64,000 bases of DNA from an uncultured Lachnospiraceae bacterium (GTDB taxonomy: Bacteria > Bacillota > Clostridia > Lachnospirales > Lachnospiraceae): NCBI GenBank assembly GCA_964424785.1, contig CAYRKA010000001.1, positions 33,416 through 97,415 of the forward strand, written 5' to 3'. The stretch's first letter is position 1. Each line of letters opens with the position of its first letter. Below the pieces are notes generated by a model, which saw only the letters and a program-made list of their open reading frames with translations, made no database searches and was not told where the DNA came from. Positions 1-11,890 of this stretch are shown piece after piece. Made by a program: the position numbers and the translations under genes.

Positions 1-43
1 GGAATGGTTGGCACATCACGAATAAGCAGGGAAGGGTTTACTT

Positions 44-1813
44 ATGGGAAAGATAACTGCGGCGGTTCGCGCGTGGAACCGCAGGATTGACAGGATATGG
101 GAGGAGGAAGCATTCGGACGTGAGTCCGGGAAGCCGTCCACAGGCGTAAACGTCAGGCGCAAGCGGCTGGCAGCCTTTGTCCGGGCGCACCGATGGGAGC
201 TTTTGTTTGTCCTCTTCATGGGATGCGTGATTTTTGCGATTGCGTGGATCCTGCCCTTTAATGAGGCGCCAGACGAGGAGATGCGCTACATGGTGCCGAC
301 CTACATATACCGGCATGGCACGCTGCCTGCGGGGTATGACCCGGAGATCCGCGACCAGATCTGGGGCATTTCCTATGGCTTCCATCCGATCCTGCCTTAT
401 ATTTTCGGCGGGTATCTGATGAGACTGGTCGGGATTTTCAATTCGTCGGACAAGGCGCTCCTGATGGCAGCTCGATTTATCAATGTGCTGATCGGGATGG
501 GCTTTTACTGGTATGTGCTCCAGATTGCGAAAAAGCTGTTCCGCAGGCGCCTGTTCCGGGCATATTTTGTCGCGCTGCTGGCGCTGCTGCCGCAGCTTCT
601 GTACCTGTTTGCGTATGTCAATACGGACGCGATCGCGGTGTTTTCCGGCGCGATGCTGATCTATTACTGGCTGCAGGGGCTGGAGCGGAAATGGGATCGG
701 GGATCGTGTACGGGGCTTGCGGTCGGCGTTTCGGTCTGTGCGCTTTCCTATTTTAATGCGTATGGGTATGCGCTTTTTTCTGTGATTGTTTTTGTGGCGT
801 CGCTGCTGGCGCGGTATGCCCGCAGGGGAGTGAAGTTCTGCACTGCCGTGATTTTGAAGCGCGGGATTTATATCACTGTGATCGTGTTTCTGCTGACGGG
901 CTGGTGGTTCATCCGCTGCGCGATCCTGTATGACGGGGATTTCCTTGGCCTGTATGCGCCGGACAAATACGGGGAACTGTACGCGATGGAGGAGTTCAAG
1001 CCATCTGTGAAGCAGTCGCTGGCAGAGGAAGGAGTGCCGCTCGATGAGATGCTGCGCTCTGAGGATCAGGGCGGCATGGATTGGATCCGGACGACGTACC
1101 GGAGCACGATCGGATATTTCGGATATCTGGAAGAACCGCTGGGCATCGATATCTATGAGATCCATAAGAGGCTGCTGGGGCTCGGCGCGTTGGGGATGCT
1201 GCTGTGTATCCTGCTGTCAGCAGGGAGATGGTGCCTGCGGTTCGTTTGCAGGCATACAGGCGCAGGCAGGAAATTGCCCTTTCTGCAAAGCCTGCGGACA
1301 TATTGCGCTGTCCCCGGAGGGCAGGGAGCATATGGCGCGTCGGGAGACCATGGACAGCCACGGCCCGGCCTGCAGGGGAGCGCCTGCATCGCTGATCCGG
1401 AGATGGGTGATCCCCGGGCCTGCAGCTGCAAAATCAGTACGTTTGAGTTCCTGCTCTTGCAGTTTTCGTTTGGTTGCTGTATCATAATACCAGTGCTGCT
1501 GTCTCTGTATTATTCGTATTTCACGGATTTCCAGCCGCAGGGACGCTACATCATGCCATTGATCGTTCCGCTTATGTATTTCGTGGCGAGGGGGACGGAG
1601 CGGTTTATCACGCTGTTTTTCCACAAATGGATGGTGTATGTGATGATGATCCCGCAATTCTGGGCGGTGCTCCACGTATTCCTGGGGGCGTATGTGTCGG
1701 TGTTCCTGCCGGCGTATGTGTCGGAGCTTGCGTCCCTCGCGGATGTGCGCTTCACGTGGCTCAGCAATGTCGTGCCGCTGATGCGGATCATCCGGATGCT
1801 GATCCCAGGATGA
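44..1813 (+). CDS. Polytopic membrane glycosyltransferase, GT-C fold (DUF2142/GT39/ArnT-like)
   Basis: 589 aa with about 11-12 hydrophobic helices; acidic PFNEAPDE motif after TM1, typical of GT-C enzymes; lies in a polysaccharide cluster. Confidence 0.65.
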   Translation: MGKITAAVRAWNRRIDRIWEEEAFGRESGKPSTGVNVRRKRLAAFVRAHRWELLFVLFMGCVIFAIAWILPFNEAPDEEMRYMVPTYIYRHGTLPAGYDPEIRDQIWGISYGFHPILPYIFGGYLMRLVGIFNSSDKALLMAARFINVLIGMGFYWYVLQIAKKLFRRRLFRAYFVALLALLPQLLYLFAYVNTDAIAVFSGAMLIYYWLQGLERKWDRGSCTGLAVGVSVCALSYFNAYGYALFSVIVFVASLLARYARRGVKFCTAVILKRGIYITVIVFLLTGWWFIRCAILYDGDFLGLYAPDKYGELYAMEEFKPSVKQSLAEEGVPLDEMLRSEDQGGMDWIRTTYRSTIGYFGYLEEPLGIDIYEIHKRLLGLGALGMLLCILLSAGRWCLRFVCRHTGAGRKLPFLQSLRTYCAVPGGQGAYGASGDHGQPRPGLQGSACIADPEMGDPRACSCKISTFEFLLLQFSFGCCIIIPVLLSLYYSYFTDFQPQGRYIMPLIVPLMYFVARGTERFITLFFHKWMVYVMMIPQFWAVLHVFLGAYVSVFLPAYVSELASLADVRFTWLSNVVPLMRIIRMLIPG

Positions 1814-1931
1814 CAGGGATGCTGAATCTGGAGCATTCAGACGCTGGTTCCGGGATAATATGGAGGAGGCTGCGGGACTGCCGGCGAATACGCTTCACCG
1901 ACCGGGATACAGCAAAAGAGAGGGAAAGGAA

Positions 1932-3077
1932 ATGATTGATTTTAACAGGCCGCCGTACATTGGTACGGAGCTCGGATATATCGAGGAGGCTGTCCGCAAT
2001 TCAAAGCTCTGCGGGGACGGCCCGTTCACGAAGAAATGCTCGCAGCTGATGCAGGAGCGGTTCGGCGCGAACCATGTGCTGCTGACGACATCCTGCACGC
2101 ACGCGCTTGAGATGGCCGCGTTCCTGTGCGACCTGCAGCCGGGGGATGAAGTGATCATGCCTGCGTACACGTTTGTGTCGACGGCGGACGCATTTGTACT
2201 GCAGGGCGCGAAGATCGTGTTTGTGGACATCCGGCCCGACACGATGAATATCGATGAGACGAAGATTGAGGCTGCGATTACGGAGCGGACGCGCGTGATC
2301 GTCCCGGTGCATTATGCCGGGGTGGCGTGCGAGATGGACACGATCATGGCGCTCGCGGCAAAGTACCATCTGAAGGTGGTCGAGGATGCGGCGCAGGGCG
2401 TACACGCTTCCTACAAGGGGCGTGCTCTTGGCACGATCGGGGATTTCGGCTGCTACAGCTTCCACGAGACGAAGAATTACACGATGGGAGAGGGCGGCGC
2501 GCTCGTCTTCCAGGATCCGGCGTATCTCGAGCGCGCGGAGATCCTGCGCGAGAAGGGGACGAACCGCAGCAAGTTTTTCCGCGGGCAGATTGACAAATAT
2601 ACCTGGGTAAACTATGGGTCTTCTTATTTGCCGAGCGACCTGAACGCGGCGTATCTCTATGCGCAGCTGCTGGCGATGGATGAGATCGACGCGAAGCGCA
2701 GGCAGATTTATGAGTATTACCATGAGCGTCTTGCCCCACTTGAGGAGCGGGGGCTGATTGAGCGGCCTGTTGTGCCGGAGGGCGCCGTACACAATGCGCA
2801 TATGTACTATATTAAAGTGAAGAACCTTGCGGTGAGGAGCGCGCTGATTTCATACATGAGAGAGCGGGATGTGCAGTGTGTCTTCCATTATATCCCGCTC
2901 CATACGTCCCCGGCAGGGCTGCGCTTCGGCAGATTCCACGGGGAGGACAGATATACGACGTGTGAGAGCGAGCGCCTGATGCGCCTGCCGATGTTTTACA
3001 GCCTGACATTGGAGGAGGCGAAGCAGGTGACGGAAGGCCTGCTGGAGTTCTCCGGGTACCAGGAGACAGAGGGATGA
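1932..3077 (+). CDS. rffA: dTDP-4-amino-4,6-dideoxygalactose transaminase (DegT/DnrJ/EryC1/StrS family, WecE/RffA type)
   Basis: MIDFNRPP start after GGAAAGGA SD; SCTHALEMAA and EDAAQG motifs; PLP lysine motif SFHETKN; start trimmed from ORF 1860. Confidence 0.85.
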   Translation: MIDFNRPPYIGTELGYIEEAVRNSKLCGDGPFTKKCSQLMQERFGANHVLLTTSCTHALEMAAFLCDLQPGDEVIMPAYTFVSTADAFVLQGAKIVFVDIRPDTMNIDETKIEAAITERTRVIVPVHYAGVACEMDTIMALAAKYHLKVVEDAAQGVHASYKGRALGTIGDFGCYSFHETKNYTMGEGGALVFQDPAYLERAEILREKGTNRSKFFRGQIDKYTWVNYGSSYLPSDLNAAYLYAQLLAMDEIDAKRRQIYEYYHERLAPLEERGLIERPVVPEGAVHNAHMYYIKVKNLAVRSALISYMRERDVQCVFHYIPLHTSPAGLRFGRFHGEDRYTTCESERLMRLPMFYSLTLEEAKQVTEGLLEFSGYQETEG

Positions 3078-3219
3078 TCCGGGCGACTGAGCCGCGAAAT
3101 AATTTGTGGCGGGTAGCACACTCCTGTTTCATGAGGAGATGTCCGCAGACTGCGCCTGGGCTGCGGCAGGGTGCGCATGCTCTGACAAATCATCGATATC
3201 GGTCGACAGGAGGCAGTAC

Positions 3220-5046
3220 ATGCCGGCAACTAAGATTACGAATTTCATCAAAAAGCTGACGCCCTACAATATCGTGAAAGGCGTGCGGTATCTGCGCCAC
3301 TTCGGCCCGAGGGAATTCCTGATTCGGCTGAATGACAGGATTGAGCCGGACGAGGTACCTTACGGACCGTGGTATGAGCAGCACAGGGCCGGTGAGGAGC
3401 AGCTCTCTGCGCAGAGGGCGCGCAGGTGGGGCAGCCCGGTCGTCTTCAGCATCGCGGTTCCGCTGTACCGGACGCCGGAGCGGTATCTGCGGGAGATGCT
3501 GGATTCCGTGATTGCGCAGACGTACCCGCACTGGGAGCTCTGCCTTGCAAACGGCAGCCCGGAGGACGAGGCGCTGTGCCGTGTGCTTGAGGAGTATACG
3601 GCGAAGGACGGCAGGATCCGCGTGAAAGCGCTTGCGCATAACGGCGGGATCTCGGAGAATACGAACGCGGCGCTTGGGATGGCGGCAGGCGCGTATATCG
3701 GGCTGCTTGACCATGATGACCTGCTTGCCCCGGATGCGCTGTATGAGGCTGCTGCGGCGCTTGAGGAAGCGGGAGGGCTCCCGGAGCTCCTCTACACGGA
3801 CGAGGATAAGATAAACAGCGACGGCACGGAGCATTTCCAGCCGAACCTGAAGCCGGATTTCAACCCGGATCTGCTGCGCTCGAACAATTATATCTGCCAT
3901 TTCCTGATCGTCGCGCGTGCGCTTTATGAGCGTGTCGGCGGGATGGACAGCCGGTATGACGGCGCGCAGGACTATGACTTTATTCTACGATGTACGGAGC
4001 AGGCGCGTGGGATCGTGCATATTCCCCGCATCCTGTACCACTGGCGCACACACGCACAGTCGACTGCGGACAATCCGATCAGCAAGCAACATGCCTATGA
4101 CGCGGGACAGCGCGCGATAGCGGCGCAGCTGGCACGCCTGGGGCTCGTCGGCGAGGTGGAGCAGAAGAAGGATTTCGGCTTTTACCGCGTGAAGTATTAT
4201 GTGCAGGGGGAGCCTCTGGTGTCCGTCATCATCCCGAACAAGGACGAGAAGGAGACGCTGGAGAAGTGCCTGCGGTCAGTTTGGGAGCGCACGATTTATC
4301 GGAATTATGAAATTATTATTGTCGAAAATAACAGTGAAACACAGGAAATTTTAGATTATTATGAAGAAATAGATGGACGAAACGGGGTTCATGTTGTATA
4401 TTGGGACAGAGAGTTTAATTATTCGGCAATCAACAATTTCGGCGTCCGCCACGCGAAGGGGCAGTACCTGCTGTTCCTGAACAACGACATGGAGGTCATT
4501 GGCGGAGACTGGATGGGCGAGCTGCTCGCCCATTGCCAGCGCCCTGATACGGGTGCGGCCGGTGCGAGGCTGTATTATCCCGACGATACCGTGCAGCATG
4601 CGGGGATTATTGTAGGGCTAGGTGGGATTGCCGGGAATCTTTTTGTCGGCCTGAAGCGGTATCACAGCGGCTATATGCACAGGGAATCGCTGCAGCAGGA
4701 TCTGAGCGCTGTCACGGCGGCATGCATGATGGTGAAGCGGGAGGCATTTGAGGCGGTCGGGGGCTTCGAGGAGAGGCTTGCGGTTGCGTTTAACGATGTC
4801 GACCTCTGCCTGAAAATGGGAGAGAAGGGATACCGTATCGTCTACGATCCGTACGCGGAGCTGTACCATTATGAGTCGAAGACGCGGGGAGCGGAGGATA
4901 CCAGACGGAAGGTGCGCCGGTTCCAACGCGAGATTGAGTATATGCGTACCCGCTGGATCGGGATACTGAAGGACGGGGATCCCTGTTACAATCGGAACCT
5001 TTCACTTGGCAAGTGGAATTGTTCGCTTCGCGTCCCGGAGAAATAA
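3220..5046 (+). CDS. Two-domain glycosyltransferase family 2
   Basis: Two GT-A domains (FSIAVPLYRT...LLDHDD; VSVIIPNKD...LFLNND); AGGAGG SD before ATG 3220. Confidence 0.9.
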   Translation: MPATKITNFIKKLTPYNIVKGVRYLRHFGPREFLIRLNDRIEPDEVPYGPWYEQHRAGEEQLSAQRARRWGSPVVFSIAVPLYRTPERYLREMLDSVIAQTYPHWELCLANGSPEDEALCRVLEEYTAKDGRIRVKALAHNGGISENTNAALGMAAGAYIGLLDHDDLLAPDALYEAAAALEEAGGLPELLYTDEDKINSDGTEHFQPNLKPDFNPDLLRSNNYICHFLIVARALYERVGGMDSRYDGAQDYDFILRCTEQARGIVHIPRILYHWRTHAQSTADNPISKQHAYDAGQRAIAAQLARLGLVGEVEQKKDFGFYRVKYYVQGEPLVSVIIPNKDEKETLEKCLRSVWERTIYRNYEIIIVENNSETQEILDYYEEIDGRNGVHVVYWDREFNYSAINNFGVRHAKGQYLLFLNNDMEVIGGDWMGELLAHCQRPDTGAAGARLYYPDDTVQHAGIIVGLGGIAGNLFVGLKRYHSGYMHRESLQQDLSAVTAACMMVKREAFEAVGGFEERLAVAFNDVDLCLKMGEKGYRIVYDPYAELYHYESKTRGAEDTRRKVRRFQREIEYMRTRWIGILKDGDPCYNRNLSLGKWNCSLRVPEK

Positions 5047-5133
5047 GAGGGTTTGCAGGGGCTGTTGGCCGCAAAAGGGCAACGGCAAGGAAAGCTGCGG
5101 ATGGCAGTTGGATCTGCGGTACTGAGGTTAAAT

Positions 5134-6093
5134 ATGCAAATAGCAACAGTTGTCATACCGAACCTGAACGGAAGACAGTATCTGGAGGTATGCCTTGATT
5201 CGCTGCGTCGGCAGACGAGGCAGGACTTTTCCGTGATCCTGATCGACAACGGTTCGGAGGACGGGAGCGCGGATTATGTCGAAACGCACTACCCGGAGGT
5301 GCTGGTAAAGCGTTTTTCCAAAAATGAAGGCTTCTGCCGCGCGGCCAATGAAGGGATCCGCATGGCCGGGACGAAATACGTCGTTCTCCTGAATAATGAC
5401 ACGGCCTGTGAGGCATCCTTTATTGAGGAGCTTGTGCGGGCGATGGAGGAGGATGAACGTGCGTTTTCGGGCGCGGCACGGATGGTGCAGATGCACGATC
5501 CTGCCAGGATGGATGACGGCGGTGACTATTACTGTGCGCTCGGCTGGGCGTACGCCTTAGGCAAGGGCAAGCCGGCCGCCAATTATACGAAGAAGCGCGA
5601 GATTTTTTCCGCGTGTGCCGCCGGGGCGATCTACCGCAGGGAGGTTTTTGACGAGATCGGCCTGTTTGATGAGGCGCATTTCGCCTACCTTGAGGATATT
5701 GACATTGCGTGGCGGGCGAAGATCGCGGGGTACCGCAACCTCTACCTGCCGGATGCGGTTATGCGCCATGTGGGCAGCGCGACGAGCGGATCCGTCTATA
5801 ATGATTTCAAGATCCGCCATTCGTCCCGGAACAGCATTTACCTGGTCTACAAGAATATGCCGCTCTTGCAGATCCTGGTGAATCTGCCGTTCCTTGCAGT
5901 GGGGTTTCTGATAAAAGCAATCTTTTTTGCGCATATGGGCTACGGATATGAGTACAGGACGGGGCTGTTAAAGGGTGCGGCCCTGTGTAAAAGGAGCAGG
6001 AAGGTGAGGTTTCGCCGGGAGAATCTTCCTCATTATTTCAAGATACAGTGGGAGCTGTGGGTAAACGTAGTCCGGAGACTGTCTGATTTCTAG
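5134..6093 (+). CDS. Glycosyltransferase family 2
   Basis: TVVIPNLNG, LIDNGSED, LLNND, YLEDIDIAWRA motifs; start trimmed from ORF 5053. Confidence 0.9.
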   Translation: MQIATVVIPNLNGRQYLEVCLDSLRRQTRQDFSVILIDNGSEDGSADYVETHYPEVLVKRFSKNEGFCRAANEGIRMAGTKYVVLLNNDTACEASFIEELVRAMEEDERAFSGAARMVQMHDPARMDDGGDYYCALGWAYALGKGKPAANYTKKREIFSACAAGAIYRREVFDEIGLFDEAHFAYLEDIDIAWRAKIAGYRNLYLPDAVMRHVGSATSGSVYNDFKIRHSSRNSIYLVYKNMPLLQILVNLPFLAVGFLIKAIFFAHMGYGYEYRTGLLKGAALCKRSRKVRFRRENLPHYFKIQWELWVNVVRRLSDF

Positions 6094-6151
6094 CGGGAAT
6101 GTGTGCGGTACATTCCGTTTACAAGGGGGAGACAGTTAGGGGTGAGGTACA

Positions 6152-7549
6152 TTGATCAAGGATAACCAGAAATATTTCAACCGTCTCCAGGTTGTGCTGG
6201 ATGCGATCGTCATTATCGTGTCCTATCTCATCGCATGGTATGTGATGATGGGCTCTCTGGCGGAAGAGGCAGGCGTCCTGCCGCCTGAAATCTATATGAT
6301 GGCACTCGTGCTTCTTGTGCCATTTTTTTTGCTGCTGTACTATGCGTGTAATCTTTATACGCCGAAACGGGTACAGGGCAGGCGGCTGGAGGGCGCGAAT
6401 ATATTAAGGGCCAACGCGATCGGCGGGATGGCGTTCATGGCTGTCCTGTTCCTGATCAGGCAGGTCGATGCCTCACGTCTGCTGCTATTGATTTTCCTGA
6501 CGCTGAATGTGACGCTGACCTTCATTGAGCGCAACATCGTGCGCCTGATACTGATGAACGTGCGCAGGATCGGGCTGAACCAGAAGCATATCATCCTGGT
6601 CGGATACAGCCGGGCTGCAGAGGAATATATAGACCGTATTGTCCAGAATCCCCAGTGGGGCTACAAGGTCATGGGCATTCTCGATGACAACGTGCCGACC
6701 GGGACGCTGTACCGCGGCACGGAGGTGCTCGGCGGGATGGAGAACCTCAGTTATATCCTGGAGGGCAACAAGCCGGATGAGATCGCAATCACGCTGGGGC
6801 TGGACGAATACGACAAGCTGGAGCGTATCGTTTCGATGTGCGAGAAATCCGGCGTGCACACGAAGTTCATCCCGGATTACAGCAATATCATCCCGACGAA
6901 GCCGTACACGGAGGACCTGCTGGGACTGCCGGTCATCAATATCCGTCATGTCCCGCTGTCAAACACGTTTAACATGATGGTGAAGCGTGCGATGGATGTG
7001 GCTGGCTCACTGGTCTGTATTGTTCTTTTTTCCCCGGTCATGCTGGTCACGGCAATCCTTGTGAAGCTGACGTCCAGAGGCCCGCTGATTTATACGCAGG
7101 AGCGCGTGGGACTGCACAATGAGCCGTTTCAAATGTATAAGTTCCGTTCGATGTCGGTTCAGACGAAAGCGGCGGAGAGCAGGTGCTGGACGGTACAGAA
7201 TGACCCTCGGGTGACGGCGGTCGGGCGCGTCATCCGTAAGCTGAGCATCGATGAGATGCCGCAGTTTTTCAACGTCTTAAAGGGGGATATGAGCCTGGTC
7301 GGGCCGCGCCCCGAGCGGCCGCAGTTTGTGGAGAAGTTCCGCGAGGAGATTCCGCGCTACATGGTCAAGCATCAGGTCAGGCCGGGGATGACCGGCTGGG
7401 CGCAGGTCAACGGCTACCGGGGCAATACCTCGATCAAGAAGCGGATCGACTGCGACCTTTATTATATTGAGAACTGGACGGTCGGGCTGGATATCAAAAT
7501 CCTGTTCCTGACCGTATTTAAGGGATTTATCAATAAAAACGCGTATTAG
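6152..7549 (+). CDS. Undecaprenyl-phosphate sugar phosphotransferase (WcaJ/CpsE type priming glycosyltransferase)
   Basis: 4 N-terminal TM helices, CoA-binding-like middle domain, C-terminal bacterial sugar transferase domain ([39 protein letters not shown]); TTG start. Confidence 0.9.
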   Translation: MIKDNQKYFNRLQVVLDAIVIIVSYLIAWYVMMGSLAEEAGVLPPEIYMMALVLLVPFFLLLYYACNLYTPKRVQGRRLEGANILRANAIGGMAFMAVLFLIRQVDASRLLLLIFLTLNVTLTFIERNIVRLILMNVRRIGLNQKHIILVGYSRAAEEYIDRIVQNPQWGYKVMGILDDNVPTGTLYRGTEVLGGMENLSYILEGNKPDEIAITLGLDEYDKLERIVSMCEKSGVHTKFIPDYSNIIPTKPYTEDLLGLPVINIRHVPLSNTFNMMVKRAMDVAGSLVCIVLFSPVMLVTAILVKLTSRGPLIYTQERVGLHNEPFQMYKFRSMSVQTKAAESRCWTVQNDPRVTAVGRVIRKLSIDEMPQFFNVLKGDMSLVGPRPERPQFVEKFREEIPRYMVKHQVRPGMTGWAQVNGYRGNTSIKKRIDCDLYYIENWTVGLDIKILFLTVFKGFINKNAY

Positions 7550-7569
7550 CAAGGAAGTGAGGGGATATT

Positions 7570-8916
7570 ATGGGAAAAAAGACGAAGACAGGCAAAGGGG
7601 AGTACAGGAGCCGCCGGGATTATTACGGCGGGCAGGGCGGATATGACGCGGACGGGCAGCCGTATTACGGACAGGGCGGATACGACGAGAATGGGCAGCC
7701 GTATTACGGCCAGAATGGATATGATGCGAACGGGCAGCCGTACGGCCGGAATGGATACGACGCGGACGGGCAGCCGTATTACGGACAGGGCGGATATGAC
7801 GCGGACGGGCAGCCGTATTACGGCCGGAATGGATATGGCGCGGACGGGCAGTCGTATTACGGGCAGGGTGGATATGGCGCGAACGGCCGGCCGGATGGCG
7901 GGGAAGGACGCAAACCAAAGAAGAAAAAGAAACACCGCAAGCTGGTTTTTGCGCTTGAGCTTGTTGTGCTTGTGCTTCTCGCGGGCGGCCTGTTTGTACT
8001 GGCACAGCTCAACCGTATGGACAGGACGAAGCTGGAGGATATCCTGGTAAATGCCGGGATCAGCAAATCGGGCTACCGCAATATTGCCCTGTTTGGCGTT
8101 GATTCGAGGGAGGGACAGCTTGAGAGCGGGACAAACAGCGATACAATCATGATCGCGAGTATCAATGAGAAGACAGGTGATGTGAAGCTCGTCTCGGTCT
8201 ACCGCGACACATACCTCGATAATACGAACGGGGAATACCGCAAGGCAACCGAGTGCTATGCGGGAGGCGGAGCCGAGCGCTCCATCAATATGCTGAACAA
8301 GAACCTGGATCTCGATATCGAGGATTTTGTGACAGTCGATTTTGAGGCGATCATAGAAGCGGTCGACCTGCTAGGCGGCGTGGAGGTTGACGTCACGGAG
8401 GAGGAACGCCAGTGGCTCAACGGTTATCTGGTCGAGACGTCGCAGGTGACCGGCCGTGATTATACAGAGGTCGGTTCGTCTGGCCTGCAGACGCTGACCG
8501 GCATTCAGGCGATGGCATATTGCAGGATCCGCTATACGGAGGGCTGGGATTACAAGCGTACCGAGCGCCAGAGGACTGTACTTGAACAGATTTTCTCCAA
8601 AGCGAAGCAGCAGGGTGTGACCGGCCTGGTGGGGATGGTCAATTCGATGATCGATTATATATCGACGAGCCTGTCGAATGCGGAGCTTGTGAGCCTTGCA
8701 ACGGGGATCTCCAGATATAACATTGTGGACACGACGGGCTTCCCGTTTGAGAAAGAGGCGGCGAATATTTCCGCAGGCGACTGCGTCGTGCCGGTGAACC
8801 TCGCGCAGAATGTCCGGGAGCTGCACGCGTGGATGTTCGGAGACGAGAGCTATGAGCCGTCGCAGGCTGTGCAGGAGATCAGCGACCAGATTATCAGTTC
8901 GACGGGAATTCAGTGA
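7570..8916 (+). CDS. LCP (LytR-CpsA-Psr) family protein with N-terminal GY-rich repeats
   Basis: NIALFGVDSR, NSDTIMI, VSVYRDTY, AMAYCRIR, RTERQR motifs after a single TM helix. Confidence 0.9.
   Translation: MGKKTKTGKGEYRSRRDYYGGQGGYDADGQPYYGQGGYDENGQPYYGQNGYDANGQPYGRNGYDADGQPYYGQGGYDADGQPYYGRNGYGADGQSYYGQGGYGANGRPDGGEGRKPKKKKKHRKLVFALELVVLVLLAGGLFVLAQLNRMDRTKLEDILVNAGISKSGYRNIALFGVDSREGQLESGTNSDTIMIASINEKTGDVKLVSVYRDTYLDNTNGEYRKATECYAGGGAERSINMLNKNLDLDIEDFVTVDFEAIIEAVDLLGGVEVDVTEEERQWLNGYLVETSQVTGRDYTEVGSSGLQTLTGIQAMAYCRIRYTEGWDYKRTERQRTVLEQIFSKAKQQGVTGLVGMVNSMIDYISTSLSNAELVSLATGISRYNIVDTTGFPFEKEAANISAGDCVVPVNLAQNVRELHAWMFGDESYEPSQAVQEISDQIISSTGIQ
7621..7893 (+). repeat. In-frame tandem repeat, 7 units of about 39 bp (YYGQGGYDADGQP)
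   Basis: Units at 7621 (42 bp), 7663, 7702, 7741 (36 bp), 7777, 7816, 7855; consensus tattacggacagggcggatatgacgcggacgggcagccg. Confidence 0.95.
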
Positions 8917-8938
8917 TGAGAAATACGCGGAGGGCAGG

Positions 8939-9880
8939 ATGGCAGGGACAGGAATAGATGTGGTGATTCCCGTGTACCGCCCGGGGAAGGAGCTTCGCAC
9001 GCTGCTGCAGAGGCTTCAGGAGCAGACGGTCCGGCCGGACCGGATCCTGCTCGTCAATACGCAGCAGGAACTGTTTGACGGCGGACTGGCAGACGGAATC
9101 GGCGGCGTCACGGTAGTCCATATCACGAAACGCGAGTTTGACCACGGCGGCACGCGGCATATGGCGGCGGAGCTGCTGGATGGGGAATTCTTCCTGTGCA
9201 TGACGCAGGACTGCATCCCGGCTGACTCCGGGATGGTCGGGGCGCTGCGAGCGGCTTTCGGGGATCCGCAGGTCGCCGCGGCGTATGCGAGACAGCTGCC
9301 GAAGCCGGATTGTGGCGTGCTGGAGCGCTATACGCGCAGCTTTAATTATGGAGAGGAGAGCAGGATCAAGACGGAGGCTGACCTGCCGGAGCTTGGGATC
9401 AAGACATTTTTCTGCTCGAATGTATGCGCGATGTACCGCCGGGGCGATTATGAGACACTAGGCGGCTTCGAGCGCCATACAATATTTAATGAAGATATGA
9501 TTTTTGCCGGCAGGCTGATTCTCTCGGGGAGAGCGGTGGCATACTGCGCGGATGCGCGCGTGCTCCACTCGCACAATTACAGCGCCCTGCAGCAGTTTCA
9601 TCGCAATTTTGACCTCGGCGTTTCGCAGGCCGACCATCCTGAGATTTTCGGGAGGGCGCGTTCCGAGAACGAGGGTGTGCGGATGGTGAAGCAGTGTGCA
9701 GGGTATCTGCTGAAAACAGGGAAGCCGTATCTGCTCCCGAAGCTTGTCTGGCAGAGCGGATGGAAATTCCTCGGATACAGGCTCGGCAGGCGGTATCAGA
9801 AGCTGCCGCGGCATCTGATACTCGCATGTACGATGAACAGGGCGTACTGGGAGTCGTGCAGTGCCGGAGAGCGGGGTTAG
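8939..9880 (+). CDS. Glycosyltransferase family 2, rhamnosyltransferase-like
   Basis: IDVVIPVYRPG, FDHGGTRH, MTQDCIP, AYARQLP, FNEDMIFA motifs; start trimmed from ORF 8810. Confidence 0.85.
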   Translation: MAGTGIDVVIPVYRPGKELRTLLQRLQEQTVRPDRILLVNTQQELFDGGLADGIGGVTVVHITKREFDHGGTRHMAAELLDGEFFLCMTQDCIPADSGMVGALRAAFGDPQVAAAYARQLPKPDCGVLERYTRSFNYGEESRIKTEADLPELGIKTFFCSNVCAMYRRGDYETLGGFERHTIFNEDMIFAGRLILSGRAVAYCADARVLHSHNYSALQQFHRNFDLGVSQADHPEIFGRARSENEGVRMVKQCAGYLLKTGKPYLLPKLVWQSGWKFLGYRLGRRYQKLPRHLILACTMNRAYWESCSAGERG

Positions 9881-9948
9881 GCTGTGGCCGGCCGGGAGAC
9901 AAGGTGGATAATGCGGCGGGAATGAGAAGTGTGACAGGAGGAGATAGT

Positions 9949-11775
<1,827 letters not shown>

Positions 11776-11890
11776 GTGCACACACAATTTTCACAGGTTA
11801 CTGCTACACTGTCGGAGAAATACAGGGGGGCGCTGGCTGGTACGTCTCTGTAAAAGGGAAGCACAGCAAATCGAACGGTGGGAGTACAAA

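Noticed and set aside
9881-9948. glmS ribozyme upstream of glmS
   Set aside because: Only 68 bp of intergenic space and no consensus; the ribozyme appears absent here.
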